A stretch of DNA of 58,048 nt from positions 85,156 to 143,203 of the IMG/VR virus record IMGVR_UViG_3300020048_000033. One strand, written 5' to 3'. Below the pieces are notes generated by a model. That model ran no database searches and was not told the origin of the DNA. It saw only the letters and a list, made by a program, of their open reading frames with translations. Below, one piece after another: positions 56,599-58,048 of this stretch. The translations under genes and the position numbers were made by a program. Every line of letters starts with the position of its first letter. Within the stretch, counting starts at the first letter, position 1. The DNA comes from a virus. Its lineage: Duplodnaviria > Heunggongvirae > Uroviricota > Caudoviricetes.

Positions 56599-57615
56599 TT
56601 AATTCTGTCTTATTACTAAAAATGGTAAAGCACCGGTTCCACCTGTTAGGGAAACAGTACCACCTTGAGATTTATACATAAAACTACTTCCATGAAGGAC
56701 TGCATATGTAGCATTTGGGGAAGCAGGTAAAGTCATTGTACAGGTTGAAACTGCGTATCCAGCTATTATTTGACCAACAGTCATTGCTTCCATTGTAAAG
56801 TTGGAACCCCTCGCCGCATATGAGGTACCCCCTGATACAACCACTGTTGCGGTATTTGCTGTTTGTGCAGAGTTTACATTTAAGGATGACTCTACTTTTC
56901 CATAGGCTGTTCCTGTAGTATTTTGATTCCAAGTAGGGATATATTTATTATTTAGTATTCTTCTCCAACCAGGAGCATAAGTTGCACCATTAAAAACATA
57001 AACCCAATCTGTTAGTGCATTACTTAAATTTCCTGTTGTAGGTGTTGTAACCTCAAGAGTAAAAGCGGATGCAGTACCTGTTATTTTTAATACCGAACCC
57101 GCTAAAGGAATATTTGGAACGGAAGCATCCCCAGAATCATTTAGCGTAGCATTGGTGGCATATGACCACTCACCCCTAAGTACCCAAGATTGAAAACTTG
57201 GAGATATATAACCTTGTGCTGTTAGCCATTCAATAAAGGTATCTGTAGTTATAAAACCATTAGTACCATAAAATGATAGAGTTTTCGTTTTAGTTACTAC
57301 ACCTATTTGAGATTCTATCTGAGCTTTTGTTATGGTAGTTACCGTTGCAGAGTTTCCATCGCAATGGTCTGATCTATATGCACGATTAACTAACATTGTT
57401 CCAATAGCATTATTAGCCACTCCCCACACACCTAAATGTTTATATGTGGTAGTTGGATTAATAATATTCTCTGCAAGGTTTGAAGCGTTACCTGTTCCTC
57501 CGTTTGCTACAGGAAGAATACTTTCTGAGAATATATTTTCCCAAGCCAATTTGGTTGAGTTGTATTTTTTATTTTTATATATCTGTCCATTTGTTGGACT
57601 TGTTGGATATGCCAT
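56599..57615 (-). CDS. tail fibre protein
   Basis: YPTSPTNGQ start; LPVANGGTG; PTWNQNTTGTA-type fibre motifs. Confidence 0.7.
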   Translation of the reverse strand: MAYPTSPTNGQIYKNKKYNSTKLAWENIFSESILPVANGGTGNASNLAENIINPTTTYKHLGVWGVANNAIGTMLVNRAYRSDHCDGNSATVTTITKAQIESQIGVVTKTKTLSFYGTNGFITTDTFIEWLTAQGYISPSFQSWVLRGEWSYATNATLNDSGDASVPNIPLAGSVLKITGTASAFTLEVTTPTTGNLSNALTDWVYVFNGATYAPGWRRILNNKYIPTWNQNTTGTAYGKVESSLNVNSAQTANTATVVVSGGTSYAARGSNFTMEAMTVGQIIAGYAVSTCTMTLPASPNATYAVLHGSSFMYKSQGGTVSLTGGTGALPFLVIRQN

Positions 57616-57646
57616 TCTAAAACCCCTATTTAAAATTGATTATGCA

Positions 57647-58048
57647 TTACAGTTGAATCCAAGTTAAACCTTGATGGAAATAAAGTTCATCGAGATCGGT
57701 TCTATAACACATGTCACCAAGAGAGGGTGCAGGACTTGTTGGAAATGCTATGGCAGAAGTTACAGTTACTATTTTCTTAGAAACAATTGTAGGTGCCGTT
57801 GAGAAATTCATACCCTGAACTTTTGATACTACATCAGCTTGGGTATAAGATGCTGAAGGAAGAGCGGCATCTGCTTTTGTTCCCTGTGCAGAAGTTGCAT
57901 ACACTCCCGTATGTAAATGATTTCCTAATGCAAGGGTTCCTGTGGTAGTTCCAGTAGCAAGGTTAAATCCTGTAGCTTTTGTTATTGGAGGTTCATACAC
58001 TCCCGTATGTAAATGATTTCCTAATGCAAGGGTTCCTGTGGTAGTTCC
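57647..58048 (-). CDS. tail fibre protein, C-terminal part (start lies beyond the window)
   Basis: Frame open to 58048; GNHLHTGVY repeats; ends FPTSPAPSLGDMCYRTDLDELYF...W. Confidence 0.75.
   Translation of the reverse strand, partial: GTTTGTLALGNHLHTGVYEPPITKATGFNLATGTTTGTLALGNHLHTGVYATSAQGTKADAALPSASYTQADVVSKVQGMNFSTAPTIVSKKIVTVTSAIAFPTSPAPSLGDMCYRTDLDELYFHQGLTWIQL
57898..58048 (-). repeat. 96-bp-period direct repeat (55 nt identical)
   Basis: 57898-57952 is identical to 57994-58048; encodes GTTTGTLALGNHLHTGVY. Confidence 0.9.

Noticed and set aside
1-58048. tRNA or rRNA genes
   Set aside because: No cloverleaf or rRNA-like sequence seen by eye in the short intergenic gaps; tRNAscan-SE was not run.

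Overview
AT-rich, densely coding segment of a large contractile-tailed (myovirus-like, probably jumbo) bacteriophage. It is read with the standard bacterial code and has Shine-Dalgarno sites and intrinsic terminators. Order: (1) a family-A DNA polymerase split into two genes in permuted order (C-terminal half first), then a free-standing endonuclease; (2) a probable late operon with a zincin protein, a Dps/ferritin-like protein and a sigma70-family-like factor; (3) a tail/baseplate module (chaperone with a likely +1 frameshift, tape measure, tube initiator, LysM/gp53-like, hub, spike, large virion proteins, gp6/J-like wedge, a 3767-aa gp7-like/fibre protein), interrupted by a minus-strand cluster of probable head-packaged proteins that share an F(K/E)RI(Y/H)E leader, one a zincin + ADP-ribosyltransferase-like fusion; (4) a 24-aa LRR array protein and a spirochaete-like anti-sigma antagonist; (5) replication genes (DnaX-like, HD nucleotidase, RecA-like) and a full-length eukaryote/archaeal-type topoisomerase IB; (6) small early genes behind three near-identical sigma70 promoters; (7) tail-fibre genes sharing an FPxSP module. 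Three candidate promoter classes recur: TTGAAC-17-TATATT, TGTTAATATA and (A/T)ACTAATT. I saw no tRNA, CRISPR array or reverse transcriptase. All family assignments come from motif recognition by eye; no database search was run.
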